Positions 1-11,099 are shown, numbered from the stretch's first letter. The stretch: DNA of 64,000 bases from an uncultured Geobacteraceae bacterium (GCA_903901875.1 CAIUSO010000142.1:9836-73835); one strand, 5' to 3'. The notes: generated by a model from the letters alone, not told the origin. Program-made: numbers and translations.

Positions 1-3000
1 TAGTTCTTCTCCGCAAGGGGTGTACCGGAGAAAGCCATTTCTCAAGAATGGTGGCTACCATATTCTTTTTGACCGGCTTTGCGATGTAATCATTCATTCC
101 GGCATTGAGACACCTATCGCGATCCTCTTTCATTGCATTGGCGGTCATGGCAATTATCGGCACATTATGATTAAGTATATCAGAACGGTCGGATCTGATT
201 ATTTCCGTTGCTTCAAAGCCGTCCATAACCGGCATCATACAATCCATCATCACCAGATCATATTCGATCTTGGAAAGCGCATCAATCGCCTGCAGACCGT
301 CAGCAACGGCATCAACGGTGTATCCGAGAGCTTTCAGCATATGTAACGCGACTTTCTGGTTAATGACATTGTCTTCAACCAAAAGGATATGTGCCGTGAG
401 GTCATCCAGTTTTTCTGCGGCATGCAGTGTGCTACTTTGCTGTTGACAGGTGCCGCTTTGTTTGGCGTTAAAAATTTTGGAATCCTGTTTCTCAAACCGG
501 AGTGTAAACCAGAACGTGGAGCCTGTTCCCACCTCGCTGGAAACAGCTATCTCGCCTCCCATCAGCTCGACCAGTTGCGTACAGATGGCCAGTCCCAGTC
601 CCGTGCCACCGTACTTACGGGTGGTCGTTGCGTCAACCTGGGTAAATGGTGAAAAAATTGCTGAAAGGCGCGATTCCGGTATGCCAATGCCGGTGTCACG
701 AACTGAAATCTTCACCGTTGCCATGCCATTCTGATCGGATACGAGCGATGCGTTAACAGTCACAGAGCCTTTGCTGGTGAATTTAAGGGCATTACTGACC
801 AGATTGGTGATAATCTGTCGCACCTTGCCGGGATCACCCTTGAGAGATAGCGGTACAACCGCGTCAATATGGTACTCCAGCTCAACTCCCGCATCATCGG
901 CCTTATATGCCAATAATCGGGTAACGTCATCCAATAACAGTTCCAGATCAAAGTCAATATGTTCCACATCAATTTTACCGGACTCAATTTTAGAAAAATC
1001 GAGGATTTCGTTTATTATCTCAAGTAAATTTTCTCCACTCTTCCTGACGATTTCGGCATACTCCCGTTGTTCAGGTAACAGGTCGGTTTCAAGCAAGATG
1101 CCGGTCATGCCGATGACACCGTTCATGGGAGTACGGATTTCGTGGCTCATGGTGGAGAGAAAAATGCTTTTTGACTCTGTGGCGGCAATGGCTCGGTCCT
1201 TTTCCAATTGCAATTCATTAAGAGCCAGCTTGAGGTCTGTTATATTTTCGTAGGAAACAACCGCATAGTCGTCGCCATTCAGTGAAAACGAGTTGATCCT
1301 GCAAGTAAACCATCGGCTTTGTTCGCCTGAGTAACAGGGGTACTCCCGGTTGAATTGCTTCAGAGTTCCACCCATAAACTCTCTGACAGCGTCGGTAAAC
1401 ACCTTTCTCTCTTCACAGGCGGCATAATCCCGGCAGAAGCACGCTTCAAGATAGTTGGAACCGATACCGCAGGTACCGTCAGGGGCATTATTCTCGCGGG
1501 CAAAGTTGTCCCACGCAAGATTCGTCATGACAATTAGTCCATTGACGTCGATCACGCAAATGTGGGCACCCAGACCGTCGATTGTGGCCCGGATGAACAT
1601 GCCTGCCTTATGCCTCTCCTCTTCCAGCTGTTTCTGTCCCGTGATATCGATAAAAGTTACAACCGTGCCGCTTATCTGCCCGTTACTGTATTGAGGGTAG
1701 GACCAGCATTCCATCGGAAACCAGCTGCCATCAGCTCGCCATGCTGTTTCGCTGGTTGAATGAACACCCTCTCCCGTACGGATTACCCGGGAAAGGGGCC
1801 ACTCATCGCCAGTGGGTGAGGAGAAGCCATTCCGCGGTTTGCGGTGAATCAGCTCATTCATGTTTTTTCCCACCAGCTCGTCGGTGTGTGTATAACCAAG
1901 CAGGCCCAAGCACGAGCTATTACAGAAGGTACAGTTGCCGTCCAGATCGGTACCGTAGATGGCCTCAAAGGTGGAATCAAGCAAGAGCCGGAGCTTGTCC
2001 TCAGTGTCCTGTAATACCTGAGTCCTCTCAAGAACTGTTTTCTCCAGCACTTCATTCATCTGAAGCACTTTCAATTCAGCCTCCTTGATACGGCTAACAT
2101 CAGCAAACAGGATGACGACTCCGTCAACCTTGCCGGCCGTTGACATGAAGGGGAGAATACGGATAAGGATGTGTCGGCTCACCGACGGATCAGAATCCTC
2201 TTCCTCAATGAAGATGCCGTTGGCAAGCACGGTGCGAATATCATCCATAAGCCGTTTTTGGTCTGTCAGTCGATAGGAAATATGGTCAATGGGACGTCCG
2301 ATGTCATGGGGAAGCAGGTTGAAGTACCCTGAGATAGCTGTGTTGAATTTTCGGATGCAGAGGCGTTTGTCGACAAAAACGGTGCCAATGTCGATGCTGG
2401 TCAGGAGGTTTTCCAAATCGAGATTCAGGCTGCTTAATTCGGTGTTTTTTCGCTCAAATTCTGAGTTCACGGTAAAGAGTTCCTCATTTACCGAATGCAG
2501 CTCTTCATTGGTGCTCTGGAGCTCTTCGTTTGAGGCAAGCAGCTCCTCGTTCGTGGCCTGAAGTTCCTCATTGCTCGCCTGCAGCTCTTCATTTGCTGCC
2601 TGCAGATTTTCCTTGGTTAGTTGCAAATCCTGTTCAAGATCATTGATGTGTTGCCGAAAAAGTGATCGTTCTTCAAAGGTTTGAGTTGAATCATCCTGTT
2701 CAAGAAAAATCAGGGGGATCGACTGGATTTCTTCCGAACGAAAGCTGATGAAAAAATGTACTACTTTTGATCGCGGTTCGGGGAGTGGCTTAACGGTGAC
2801 TTCAACCTTGAGTGCCGGACCATCTTTCTGAAAAAGCTGTACACCGCTCAACATGGCCTGTGCCTTATCACGTGCTGCCCGCTGGAGCGTCGTACTCACG
2901 GCCACGTGGAGATCTTCGGCAAGCATCGCCAGCATGTTGGTATCAGTACGCCCCGTTACCGGTATGATGTAGGGGTGCAGCTGGCCAAAAGAGTGCAGGA

Positions 3001-4603
3001 TATTATGGCTCTCATCAACCAGGATTCCGGAAGGAATATGGGCGTTTAAGAGAAGGTCATAGTCCGAGAGCAGGTGGCGGTCTATGGTGATCATACGTGA
3101 CTGGGACTGGACCGGTTTGGAAATGATATTAAAGCGTGTTGCCGACGTGGAGGTTCTAAAGTCAAGTGGAAGCCGCAACTCTCGTTTTTTACGGTAGAAA
3201 CGGAATGTGGCCTCGATTGTATCAAACTCCGAAGCGAGGGAGCCGAGCCCTTCACTGCTGCCCAGAAACATCACTCCTGATACTTTCAAGGCGTAGTGAA
3301 ATGTGGTAAGTACCCGTTCTTGTGCCTCTTGCTGTAAATAGATCAGCATGTTACGGCAACAGACCAGATCGGTTTTGGTAAAAGGGGGGTCGCTGATGAC
3401 ATTATGGGGGGCAAATACCACCAGCTTACGAATTTCGGGACTGATTCGCCAGCTATCACCCATATCCTGACGGAAATAGCGGGCCAGACGTTCGGGAGAA
3501 ACATTAGCCAGTCGATCACTGCCGTAGACACCGATGGATGCCGATTCCAGTGAGCGTTTATGAACATCCGTAGCAAATATGGTGATCTTTCCCTGATAGT
3601 TACAGGCGTCAGCTACTTCCTTAAAGGTAATAGCCAGTGAATAGGCCTCCTCTCCGGTGGCACAGCAGGCGGACCACACCCGTATTTCATCGGTGTCCCT
3701 GGTCAGGGAGATCAGCTCCGGAACCACAACTTTTTCAAGATAGTCAAATGCCGCCGGATCACGAAAAAACTCCGTAACTCCGATCAGCAGATCGTGGTAA
3801 AGGGCCTCCAGTTCATCCGCGTCGGAAGTAATGATCGGCACATAATCGTCTATGGAGTGGACGCCTTTCATCTCAAAACGTCTCAGGATACGCCTTGTTA
3901 CTGTGCCGGTTCGGTATTTGGAGAAATCTATATTAAAACTACGCCTGAGTAATGCAAATATCTGGGCATATTCACCATCTTCGGGAAACACATCTACCGA
4001 GTGAGATACTTTTGAGCGGATTTCTTCCGGATTTGTGACATATTCCATGAGCAAGGCAGGTATCTGGTCCGGGTTAAGCTGGAAATCGTAGTTGCCGCTG
4101 GCTATTGCGTTGCGCGGCATACCGTCAAATTGTGCCGAATCAGGTGTCTGGATAATAACCAATCCACCGGCTTCCTTGATCGCAACTATGCCCCGTGAGC
4201 CGTCCGAACCGGTGCCGGACAGAACGATGCCGATGGAACGTTTGCCAACGTCTTCTGCCATTGAACGGAAAAAAGTATCTATGCCAAGTTCCACCGGCGT
4301 GCCGATCGGTTTATCCCGCAGAACGATCCGGCCCGACACCAGCTTCATCTGAAAGCGTGGTGTGGAAAGATAGATGGTGTTCGGCAGAAGTTCTGCACCC
4401 TCTGTGGCCTGGAGGATGGTCATTCTGGTATGTCGAGCCAGCAAGTCATCCATAAGGCTCTTAAAATCAGGAGACAGATGCTGAATGACCACAAACGCCA
4501 TGCCACTATCGGCTGGCATGGCGGCAAAAAACTGTTCCAGGGCATTCAGCCCCCCGGCTGATGCACCCAGTGCTACAACATGAAATGTTTTATCCGAAGT
4601 CAT
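1..4603 (-). CDS. CheB-like methylesterase / CheR-like methyltransferase fusion with PAS domains, histidine kinase core and C-terminal receiver (hybrid sensor kinase). The 3' end runs off the window.
   Basis: The minus frame stays open by my manual translation from the ATG at 4603-4601 (AGGAG 7 nt upstream) to position 1. It is absent from the ORF track because it reaches the window edge. My translation starts [26 protein letters not shown] (CheB type). It then shows [11 protein letters not shown] and [16 protein letters not shown] (CheR type), a NEELQ heptad coil, PAS-like segments, [16 protein letters not shown] (H box), [10 protein letters not shown] (G2 box) and the receiver [12 protein letters not shown]...[14 protein letters not shown]. 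Confidence 0.85.
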   Translation of the reverse strand, partial: MTSDKTFHVVALGASAGGLNALEQFFAAMPADSGMAFVVIQHLSPDFKSLMDDLLARHTRMTILQATEGAELLPNTIYLSTPRFQMKLVSGRIVLRDKPIGTPVELGIDTFFRSMAEDVGKRSIGIVLSGTGSDGSRGIVAIKEAGGLVIIQTPDSAQFDGMPRNAIASGNYDFQLNPDQIPALLMEYVTNPEEIRSKVSHSVDVFPEDGEYAQIFALLRRSFNIDFSKYRTGTVTRRILRRFEMKGVHSIDDYVPIITSDADELEALYHDLLIGVTEFFRDPAAFDYLEKVVVPELISLTRDTDEIRVWSACCATGEEAYSLAITFKEVADACNYQGKITIFATDVHKRSLESASIGVYGSDRLANVSPERLARYFRQDMGDSWRISPEIRKLVVFAPHNVISDPPFTKTDLVCCRNMLIYLQQEAQERVLTTFHYALKVSGVMFLGSSEGLGSLASEFDTIEATFRFYRKKRELRLPLDFRTSTSATRFNIISKPVQSQSRMITIDRHLLSDYDLLLNAHIPSGILVDESHNILHSFGQLHPYIIPVTGRTDTNMLAMLAEDLHVAVSTTLQRAARDKAQAMLSGVQLFQKDGPALKVEVTVKPLPEPRSKVVHFFISFRSEEIQSIPLIFLEQDDSTQTFEERSLFRQHINDLEQDLQLTKENLQAANEELQASNEELQATNEELLASNEELQSTNEELHSVNEELFTVNSEFERKNTELSSLNLDLENLLTSIDIGTVFVDKRLCIRKFNTAISGYFNLLPHDIGRPIDHISYRLTDQKRLMDDIRTVLANGIFIEEEDSDPSVSRHILIRILPFMSTAGKVDGVVILFADVSRIKEAELKVLQMNEVLEKTVLERTQVLQDTEDKLRLLLDSTFEAIYGTDLDGNCTFCNSSCLGLLGYTHTDELVGKNMNELIHRKPRNGFSSPTGDEWPLSRVIRTGEGVHSTSETAWRADGSWFPMECWSYPQYSNGQISGTVVTFIDITGQKQLEEERHKAGMFIRATIDGLGAHICVIDVNGLIVMTNLAWDNFARENNAPDGTCGIGSNYLEACFCRDYAACEERKVFTDAVREFMGGTLKQFNREYPCYSGEQSRWFTCRINSFSLNGDDYAVVSYENITDLKLALNELQLEKDRAIAATESKSIFLSTMSHEIRTPMNGVIGMTGILLETDLLPEQREYAEIVRKSGENLLEIINEILDFSKIESGKIDVEHIDFDLELLLDDVTRLLAYKADDAGVELEYHIDAVVPLSLKGDPGKVRQIITNLVSNALKFTSKGSVTVNASLVSDQNGMATVKISVRDTGIGIPESRLSAIFSPFTQVDATTTRKYGGTGLGLAICTQLVELMGGEIAVSSEVGTGSTFWFTLRFEKQDSKIFNAKQSGTCQQQSSTLHAAEKLDDLTAHILLVEDNVINQKVALHMLKALGYTVDAVADGLQAIDALSKIEYDLVMMDCMMPVMDGFEATEIIRSDRSDILNHNVPIIAMTANAMKEDRDRCLNAGMNDYIAKPVKKNMVATILEKWLSPVHPLRRRT
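2459..2605 (-). repeat. Seven tandem 21-bp units encoding a heptad coiled coil inside the CheBR kinase
   Basis: The reverse complement reads [49 protein letters not shown]. Confidence 0.75.
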
Positions 4604-4779
4604 CTTCTACTCCTGACAGATAGAATCACATGCGCATAACTATAGGGTGAAACGTGGGATCGAGCTAGTCACAAAAATTCCTACAGAACTTTGTAAGACT
4701 ATTATGGCCGATACCGGCAACAGGGTGTGGTGGTTTGAAAGCTGATATACCGGACCGGTCTATTAATGTACTAAATCCA

Positions 4780-4801
4780 GGGAAAAGCCGCTCATTTTCC
4801 C
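4780..4801 (-). terminator. Hairpin just downstream of slyX
   Basis: GGGAAAA gccgctca TTTTCCC has a 7-bp perfect stem and starts 7 nt after the slyX stop. The U tract is weak. Confidence 0.35.
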
Positions 4802-4807
4802 TGACGG

Positions 4808-5011
4808 TCAATAGTGGGGAGGTGGCTCTTCCTGGTCCGGGTCCCGTGACACCGAGGGTGACACGGCGAGAAACTGCTCTTTCAGCAGTGTGAAATCACG
4901 CTTGAGTGCCTCTATGGTGACTTCCTGCCGACAGACAATTTCATTAAGTTCCTGAATGGTGCGCTCCTGCTGCATGAAGCAGAACTCCAGTTCGGTGATG
5001 CGCTCATCCAT
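4808..5011 (-). CDS. slyX: SlyX family protein
   Basis: A 67-aa coiled-coil protein, MDERITELEFCFMQQERTIQELNEIV..., with size and pattern typical of SlyX. Confidence 0.75.
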   Translation of the reverse strand: MDERITELEFCFMQQERTIQELNEIVCRQEVTIEALKRDFTLLKEQFLAVSPSVSRDPDQEEPPPHY

Positions 5012-5013
5012 CT

Positions 5014-5496
5014 TTATTTACCACAACACTTTTTGTATTTAACGCCGCTGCCACAGCTGCAGGGGTCATTGCGGCCAATTTTGGTTACGGTTAATGGTTT
5101 CTGTTTGACCATGGTCCCGTCGGTGAAAAACCATTTTCCCTCTTTCCGCTTGAACTGCCCCGCTTCGTGATGCTCGACAAGTTCCCCCTTTTCATTGAAA
5201 CGGGCGATAAATTCAACTTCACCGATTGATTCGTCAGGCCCACCCCTTCGGGTGCTGATAATCTCAAGCCCCAACCATTCGGCGGTTTCCGCCCAGGTCT
5301 TGGTGCCGGCATGGTCGTACCCTTCACGGTGTTCGGGGTGGGTACTTTCAAAAATGAAATCCATCTCGGCAAAAACGTATGCCGAGTAGCGGGCTCGCAT
5401 CAGTTGTTCGGCTGTCTGGGCAGATCGATTTCCGGTGATGATTTCTTCACAGCATTGCTGGTAGGAATTGCCGCTCCCACAGGGACAAAGTGTCAT
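5014..5496 (-). CDS. ychJ: YchJ family protein with SEC-C metal-binding motifs at both ends
   Basis: N-terminal [13 protein letters not shown] and C-terminal [17 protein letters not shown]. There is a 2-nt gap to slyX. Confidence 0.85.
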   Translation of the reverse strand: MTLCPCGSGNSYQQCCEEIITGNRSAQTAEQLMRARYSAYVFAEMDFIFESTHPEHREGYDHAGTKTWAETAEWLGLEIISTRRGGPDESIGEVEFIARFNEKGELVEHHEAGQFKRKEGKWFFTDGTMVKQKPLTVTKIGRNDPCSCGSGVKYKKCCGK

Positions 5497-5660
5497 TGGT
5501 GATACTCCTTATTCGATATGGTATGTGGTTTCGTGACATATTTTCAGCCCACTTGTCAAATGTTATCTCAAAAGACGCTTCAAAATAGAGCTTGTTTGAG
5601 ATGCTATTTTTATGTATTTTAAAAAATTATCAATAAGATGAACTCAAGGGGAGGGAGACG

Positions 5661-5936
5661 ATGAAAATTTCCCGTAGTGACCTGCTCACGGCTCCGTTGA
5701 CAGCCGATGAGATGAAATGGGGGAGCAATCTTGCCGACAACTTGCCGGATGAGGTTGACCTGACATTTGAAGAATTGAAAATACTGACCAGGCTCTCTAT
5801 TCATGAGTGGCCCGATGCCTTGATTCTGAAAGTCAAGGACGCCATCGATGTGGAAGATTTTTTGCAGGAAAACGAGGAATCCATAATAAATCACCCCATG
5901 GGTGACGGAGAAGCTCCTAAGGAGATGTTTCATTGA
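5661..5936 (+). CDS. Hypothetical small acidic protein (91 aa)
   Basis: ATG preceded by GGGGAGGGAG. The stop overlaps the TTG start of the next gene (TTGA at 5933-5936). I recognise no family. Confidence 0.5.
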   Translation: MKISRSDLLTAPLTADEMKWGSNLADNLPDEVDLTFEELKILTRLSIHEWPDALILKVKDAIDVEDFLQENEESIINHPMGDGEAPKEMFH

Positions 5937-7042
5937 ATTATCGAAAAAAAATGTTGATTACTTCATTGCTTTGTCTGTTGATTGGCATAGTTACCGGATG
6001 CAGGGATAGTAAAGGAGAAGCACCTGGTGCTGCCGGGCGTAAAGCCGCCGATGTCGCCTTTGCCGCCACCACTGCTGCAACACGTAAGGCCGCAGTTTTT
6101 GCGGCAACCACCGCTGCGACCAGAAAAGCGGCTACCTTTGCAGCCCACACCACCGCAGTCCGCGCTGCTGGTCCAAAAATAAAATACAACTCCGGTGAAA
6201 GTCCCGAATTTGCCCTCCAGCATGGCTGGCCGGTAAAATGCCCGCCGCCGCTTCCCGGTTCGTTGCTGCCGGCCAAGCGAATTGTGGCCTATTACGGCAA
6301 CCCGCTTTCCAAGAAGATGGGTGCCCTGGGGGAGACTGCTAAAGATGACATGCTGAGACGTCTTAAAAGTGAAGTTGCCCGGTGGCAGGCAGCCGATCCG
6401 GCTGTTCCGGTGCAACCGGCACTCCATCTTATTGCCGTGGTGGCACAGGGTGCGCCCGGGCGGGATGGAAAGTACCGGATGATCATGCCGGACAAGATTG
6501 TCAATCAGGTCTATGGCTGGGCCAAGGAGGCGGGGGCGGTCATGTTTATTGATATTCAGACCGGCCATGACGATATCCGCTCCCTGCTCCCCCGCTTTGA
6601 ATGGATTTTGAAAAACCCGGATGTTCATCTCGGCATTGATCCCGAATTTAATCTGATCAAGAGCGGAAAAAAACCGGGGACAAAGATCGGTACCTACGAT
6701 GCCGTCGATATTAACTACGCATCCGGCTTCCTGAAGGACCTGGTAAAAAAATATAACCTTCCCCCCAAGGTGTTCACCGTACACCGGTTTACCCGTAACG
6801 GCGTCACCAACTCAAAGCAGATTACACTGCGCCCCGAAGTCCAGATGGTCATGCATATGGATGGGTGGGGGGCACCCTGGTTGAAGCGGGATTCCTATAA
6901 GGATTATGTGGTGGCAGAACCGGTGCAGTATACCGGATTCAAACTTTTCTACCATAATGATACCAAAAAAGGGGACCCGCTCTTGACACCACGGGAAGTT
7001 CTCAAGCTGAATCCGAAGCCGCTCTATATCCAGTATCAGTAG
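5933..7042 (+). CDS. Lipoprotein with an Ala/Thr-rich 13-aa repeat linker and a conserved C-terminal domain of unknown function
   Basis: TTG start with AAGGAG 8 nt upstream. Signal peptide LLCLLIGIVTGC (lipobox). Repeats are FAATTAATRKAAV / FAATTAATRKAAT / FAAHTTAVRAAGP. It then continues as a 270-aa globular region. Confidence 0.7.
   Translation: MNYRKKMLITSLLCLLIGIVTGCRDSKGEAPGAAGRKAADVAFAATTAATRKAAVFAATTAATRKAATFAAHTTAVRAAGPKIKYNSGESPEFALQHGWPVKCPPPLPGSLLPAKRIVAYYGNPLSKKMGALGETAKDDMLRRLKSEVARWQAADPAVPVQPALHLIAVVAQGAPGRDGKYRMIMPDKIVNQVYGWAKEAGAVMFIDIQTGHDDIRSLLPRFEWILKNPDVHLGIDPEFNLIKSGKKPGTKIGTYDAVDINYASGFLKDLVKKYNLPPKVFTVHRFTRNGVTNSKQITLRPEVQMVMHMDGWGAPWLKRDSYKDYVVAEPVQYTGFKLFYHNDTKKGDPLLTPREVLKLNPKPLYIQYQ
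6059..6175 (+). repeat. Three degenerate tandem 39-bp repeats (13-aa units) in the lipoprotein linker
   Basis: The units start with TTTGCCGCCACCACTGCTGC / TTTGCGGCAACCACCGCTGC / TTTGCAGCCCACACCACCGC, phased at 6059, 6098 and 6137. Confidence 0.7.
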
Positions 7043-7047
7043 CTGCC

Positions 7048-8574
7048 ATGCTGCTCATATTCCCCCCCCTGGCTAAAGCATGTGAACCGCCGGCCGGCAT
7101 TGCCCGGCTGGCGGCTTCACTGGCATTTCACGATATTCACTGCCACCTGCTTGACGCCAATCTTGAAGGGCAACTCTGGTTGCTTGATCGACCACCAACG
7201 GCTACCGATACCTGGAGTCGCCGGGCCTTTAAAGGGCGTTCGGCCAACCTTGCTGCCCTGAGAAACCGTGTAACTTACCAGAATTACGATAGATACAGCA
7301 GGGTTGTTAGCGACCTGGGCCGTGCCATGGCCCAGGCGGCTGCCGGTAACGGCGTTACTCTCGGGCTTGCCGACTATCACCATGATAGCCTGTCACCGGT
7401 GCGGAGTGCGGATTTACTGACCGCCGCACGGCAGCCGGAGTTGAACCCGTTTTATGGCTATTTCAGTCAACGTCTTCCCCCACTGCTTGAAGGCGATGAC
7501 ACCGTCGGGTTTTCTCTCAATTATCTCAGCCAGGCCCTCTGTACCTTTGCCATGGTCGGCTTTATCAAGACCCGCTATCCGGCCAAAAGGATCATTCTCG
7601 GAGGGGGGCTGGTGACATCCTGGATGAGTCGGCCCGATTGGTGCTCCCCCTTTGGTTCTCTGGTGGATGAGCTTATCGCCGGACCGGGGGAATCCCCGCT
7701 GCTGACCCTGCTGGGGGGGGCTCCTGCCACTCCTTTGTATACTCCACCCGATTACGGATCGTTGCCACTGGGGGATTATTTCTCTCCCGGAACCATTCTG
7801 CCTTACAGTGCCGCCAATGGGTGCTACTGGAATCATTGTTCCTTTTGCCCTGAATCTGCCGAGGGTAACGCCTATCATCCGCTGCCGGTGTCCCAGGTCG
7901 TGGCGGACCTTCGGCTGATGGGCCGTCAGACGAATACCACACTGATACATCTGCTCGACAATGCCGTCAGTCCGGCGTTGCTGCAGGCGTTGATCCGGGA
8001 GCCTCCCGGTATTCCCTGGTACGGGTTTGCCCGAATTGATGAACAGTTGGCCGATGGGGCCTTCTGCCAGGCACTACATCGATCAGGATGCGTGATGCTC
8101 AAGCTGGGGCTTGAGTCGGGTGATCAGCAGGTGTTGGACCGGATGAACAAGGGAATCACCGTCGGCATGGCTTCGCGGGTCCTCAATAATCTGGCTGCCG
8201 CCGGTATTGCGGTGTACTGCTATCTGCTGTTCGGTACTCCGGGGGAAAATTGCGATGCCGCGCTGCGAACCCGTGATTTTGTGGTGCGCCATGCAGGGGC
8301 CATAACCTGTCTCAATCTGGCGCTGTTCAATATGCCACTGTTTGGTACGGAGGCAAGCCACTATGGCAATGATCCGTTTTACGAAGGCGACCTGTCACTC
8401 TATACCCGGTTCCGCCATCCATCTGGTTGGGATCGCGCCCAGGTACGCACGTTTATTGAACGTGATTTCAAACGACACCCTGCCATAGCTGCCATTATCA
8501 GGAACGATCCACCCCAGTTTGGTTCAAATCATGCGGCACTGATGGGGGGGCATTTCCCGACGTTTAGAGAATAA
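7048..8574 (+). CDS. Radical SAM protein with a B12-binding-like N-terminal domain (class B-like)
   Basis: 508 aa. The cluster motif NGCYWNHCSFCPES has Cx4Cx2C spacing. Downstream are LKLGLESGDQQVLDRMNKG and LLFGTPGE, typical of the radical SAM barrel. It starts 5 nt after the lipoprotein gene. Confidence 0.8.
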   Translation: MLLIFPPLAKACEPPAGIARLAASLAFHDIHCHLLDANLEGQLWLLDRPPTATDTWSRRAFKGRSANLAALRNRVTYQNYDRYSRVVSDLGRAMAQAAAGNGVTLGLADYHHDSLSPVRSADLLTAARQPELNPFYGYFSQRLPPLLEGDDTVGFSLNYLSQALCTFAMVGFIKTRYPAKRIILGGGLVTSWMSRPDWCSPFGSLVDELIAGPGESPLLTLLGGAPATPLYTPPDYGSLPLGDYFSPGTILPYSAANGCYWNHCSFCPESAEGNAYHPLPVSQVVADLRLMGRQTNTTLIHLLDNAVSPALLQALIREPPGIPWYGFARIDEQLADGAFCQALHRSGCVMLKLGLESGDQQVLDRMNKGITVGMASRVLNNLAAAGIAVYCYLLFGTPGENCDAALRTRDFVVRHAGAITCLNLALFNMPLFGTEASHYGNDPFYEGDLSLYTRFRHPSGWDRAQVRTFIERDFKRHPAIAAIIRNDPPQFGSNHAALMGGHFPTFRE

Positions 8575-8663
8575 TATGGCAATTATCAGGCGGATTGTGT
8601 TAGAAAGACGCGGGTAATCTACGGTGGTTATGCCGTACGCACGGGACAGTGGGGGCAGTTCAT

Positions 8664-9107
8664 ATGGCAAAAGGAAATTTTGATTCGGCGGGGCTCTTTG
8701 CGCCCCTGATGGTGCGAATTCCCCTTGGGTTGATCTTCATGGCCCATGGCTCTCAAAAATTGTTTGGCCTGTTCGGAGGAGAGGGTTTAACCGCCACCTT
8801 CAAGACCTTTGAGGACAAGTTGGGTATTCCCCCCATCTTTACCCTGTTGGCAATTATTGCCGAATTTGGCGGTGGTTTCGGGGTGTTGAGCGGTTTTCTT
8901 ATTCGCCTTTCCGCCGCCGGAATTGCTTCGGTAATGCTGGCGGGTATTTACAAGGTACACTGGGCCCATGGTTTTTTTCTTAATGTGGCTTCCGTTGCCG
9001 GGCGGGGCAATGGTATTGAGTATGATATGGCCCTGCTTGGAATGGCACTCTACCTGTTGATCGCCGGTGGCGGGAGATGGTGTCTTGACCGGCTGGTATT
9101 CCGTTGA
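8664..9107 (+). CDS. DoxX family membrane protein
   Basis: MAKGNFDSAGLFAPLMVRIPLGLIFMAHGSQKLFGLFGG is typical of the DoxX N-terminus, with 4 hydrophobic segments. An alternative GTG start lies at 8649. Confidence 0.8.
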   Translation: MAKGNFDSAGLFAPLMVRIPLGLIFMAHGSQKLFGLFGGEGLTATFKTFEDKLGIPPIFTLLAIIAEFGGGFGVLSGFLIRLSAAGIASVMLAGIYKVHWAHGFFLNVASVAGRGNGIEYDMALLGMALYLLIAGGGRWCLDRLVFR

Positions 9108-9288
9108 AGCTGATGACGCAGGTAAAGAGTGTCATAGTGGCAGATGTGGTCGCTACGTGGTACACGCTTGGTTTCGTCCTTCAACCTTAGCCCTGTAGAG
9201 AGCAGAACCAGCATATTGTATCAGAGTCCCGTGCTTATAAAAAAGCAGTCAGTTGTACCGTTATTGCACTTAAAAGGAGTTACACCCT

Positions 9289-10872
9289 GTGGAACAGTTC
9301 AATCAGAGTGAAGTTGAAAAACGCCGTACCTTTGCCATCATCAGCCATCCCGATGCCGGCAAGACCACCATTACCGAAAAACTGCTGCTCTTTGGCGGTG
9401 CCATCCAGCAGGCGGGGGAAGTTCGTGCCCGGAAGAGTTCCCGCCATGCCACCTCGGACTGGATGGACCTTGAGAAGCAGCGGGGCATCTCCGTGACATC
9501 CTCCGTTATGAAATTTACCTACGATGGGTGCGAAATAAACCTGCTGGATACTCCGGGCCATAACGATTTTTCTGAAGATACCTACCGGGTTCTGACCGCC
9601 GTTGACTCGGTATTGATGGTCATTGACTCGGTCAAAGGGGTGGAGAGCCAGACGAAAAAACTCCTGGAAGTCTGCCGTCTTCGCCATACCCCCATTATGA
9701 CTTTCATTAATAAACTTGACCGGGAAGGGCAGGAACCCTTCGATCTGCTTGATGACATCGAAAAAAATCTTCATATACAAACGGCGCCCATCACCTGGCC
9801 CATCGGTATGGGGAAACGTTTTCGGGGAACCTATCACCTCTATACCAAGGAATTGACTTTTTTTGATGCCGATGCCGACAATGGCACCGGTGAGATAATT
9901 ACCGTCACCGGGCTTGACGACCCGCGCCTTGATGAACTGCTGGGGAGCCAGGTTGCGGAGCTGCGTAACGACATTGAACTGCTGGAGGGGGCCGCCCACC
10001 CCTTTGACATGACGGCCTATCTGGCAGGGACCCAGACGCCGGTATTCTTTGGCAGTGCCATCAATACCTTTGGGGTTCAGCAGTTGCTTGATGCCTTTGT
10101 CCAGTATGCACCACATCCACTTCCCCGTGAAGCCACCACCCGCTCCGTTTCCCCCTTTGAAGAACCATTCAGTGGGTTTGCCTTTAAAATTCAGGCTAAT
10201 ATGGATCCGGCCCACCGGGATCGGATCGCCTTTTTCCGTATCTGCTCCGGTAAATTTACCCGTGGCATGAAGGTACGCCATGTGCGTCTCGGACGAGAAG
10301 TACAGATTGCCAATGCCACTATCTTTATGGCCCAGGACCGGACCAATGTTGAAGAGGCGTGGCCCGGTGATATCATCGGCATCCATAACCATGGCACCAT
10401 CAAGATCGGCGACACGTTTACCATGGGTGAGGATCTCAAGTTTACCGGAATCCCCAGCTTTGCCCCCGAACATTTTCGCAAGGTACGGTTGTTAAATCCG
10501 ATGAAGTCAAAGGCATTGGAAAAGGGACTGGTGCAGTTGGCCGAAGAGGGGGCAACCCAGGTGTTCAAACCACTCATGGGTTCTGACTGGGTCATTGGTG
10601 CGGTCGGTCTACTCCAGTTTGAAGTGGTCATGCATCGCCTTGAGCATGAATACAGCGTGAAGGTTGCCTTTGAACCGGTCAGTTATGTGACCGCCCGCTG
10701 GGTGACCGGCGAGAGGAAGTCAGTTGAGGATTTTGAGCGGAAAGAGGCCATGCATGTATATATCGATGGTGAAGGAAAACTGACGTATATGGCGGGTAGT
10801 CAATGGCGACTGGACAATACCATTGAAAGCTGGAAGATGCTGGAATTCCATGAAACCAGCGAGCATAGCTGA
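9289..10872 (+). CDS. prfC: Peptide chain release factor 3
   Basis: GTG start with AAGGAG upstream. [33 protein letters not shown] and the 527-aa length match RF3. Confidence 0.95.
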   Translation: MEQFNQSEVEKRRTFAIISHPDAGKTTITEKLLLFGGAIQQAGEVRARKSSRHATSDWMDLEKQRGISVTSSVMKFTYDGCEINLLDTPGHNDFSEDTYRVLTAVDSVLMVIDSVKGVESQTKKLLEVCRLRHTPIMTFINKLDREGQEPFDLLDDIEKNLHIQTAPITWPIGMGKRFRGTYHLYTKELTFFDADADNGTGEIITVTGLDDPRLDELLGSQVAELRNDIELLEGAAHPFDMTAYLAGTQTPVFFGSAINTFGVQQLLDAFVQYAPHPLPREATTRSVSPFEEPFSGFAFKIQANMDPAHRDRIAFFRICSGKFTRGMKVRHVRLGREVQIANATIFMAQDRTNVEEAWPGDIIGIHNHGTIKIGDTFTMGEDLKFTGIPSFAPEHFRKVRLLNPMKSKALEKGLVQLAEEGATQVFKPLMGSDWVIGAVGLLQFEVVMHRLEHEYSVKVAFEPVSYVTARWVTGERKSVEDFERKEAMHVYIDGEGKLTYMAGSQWRLDNTIESWKMLEFHETSEHS

Positions 10873-11099
10873 TATATGGTTTTCTCCAGACAACGCACCG
10901 CAAAAAAACGGTATACTTTTGTGGCTACCGTGCGTGCCCTGTCCGGTATGTCCTACCAGCATTTTCCACTGATTCTTCCCGGAGTCCACCCTCTGGTGGC
11001 ACCGCTCATCATGTTTCGGCTCAAACGGCGAGGATATTCAAACTGTCGGGTGGAGGTTTCCGGCGGTGGTCTTGTGGTGTACGCTGATCGGTAGTGGTA

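Noticed and set aside
9280-10473. A 397-aa minus-strand ORF antisense to prfC
   Set aside because: It lies entirely inside the unmistakable RF3 gene. It has low-complexity Gly/Lys-rich composition, no RBS and no recognisable motifs, so it is a typical antisense shadow ORF.
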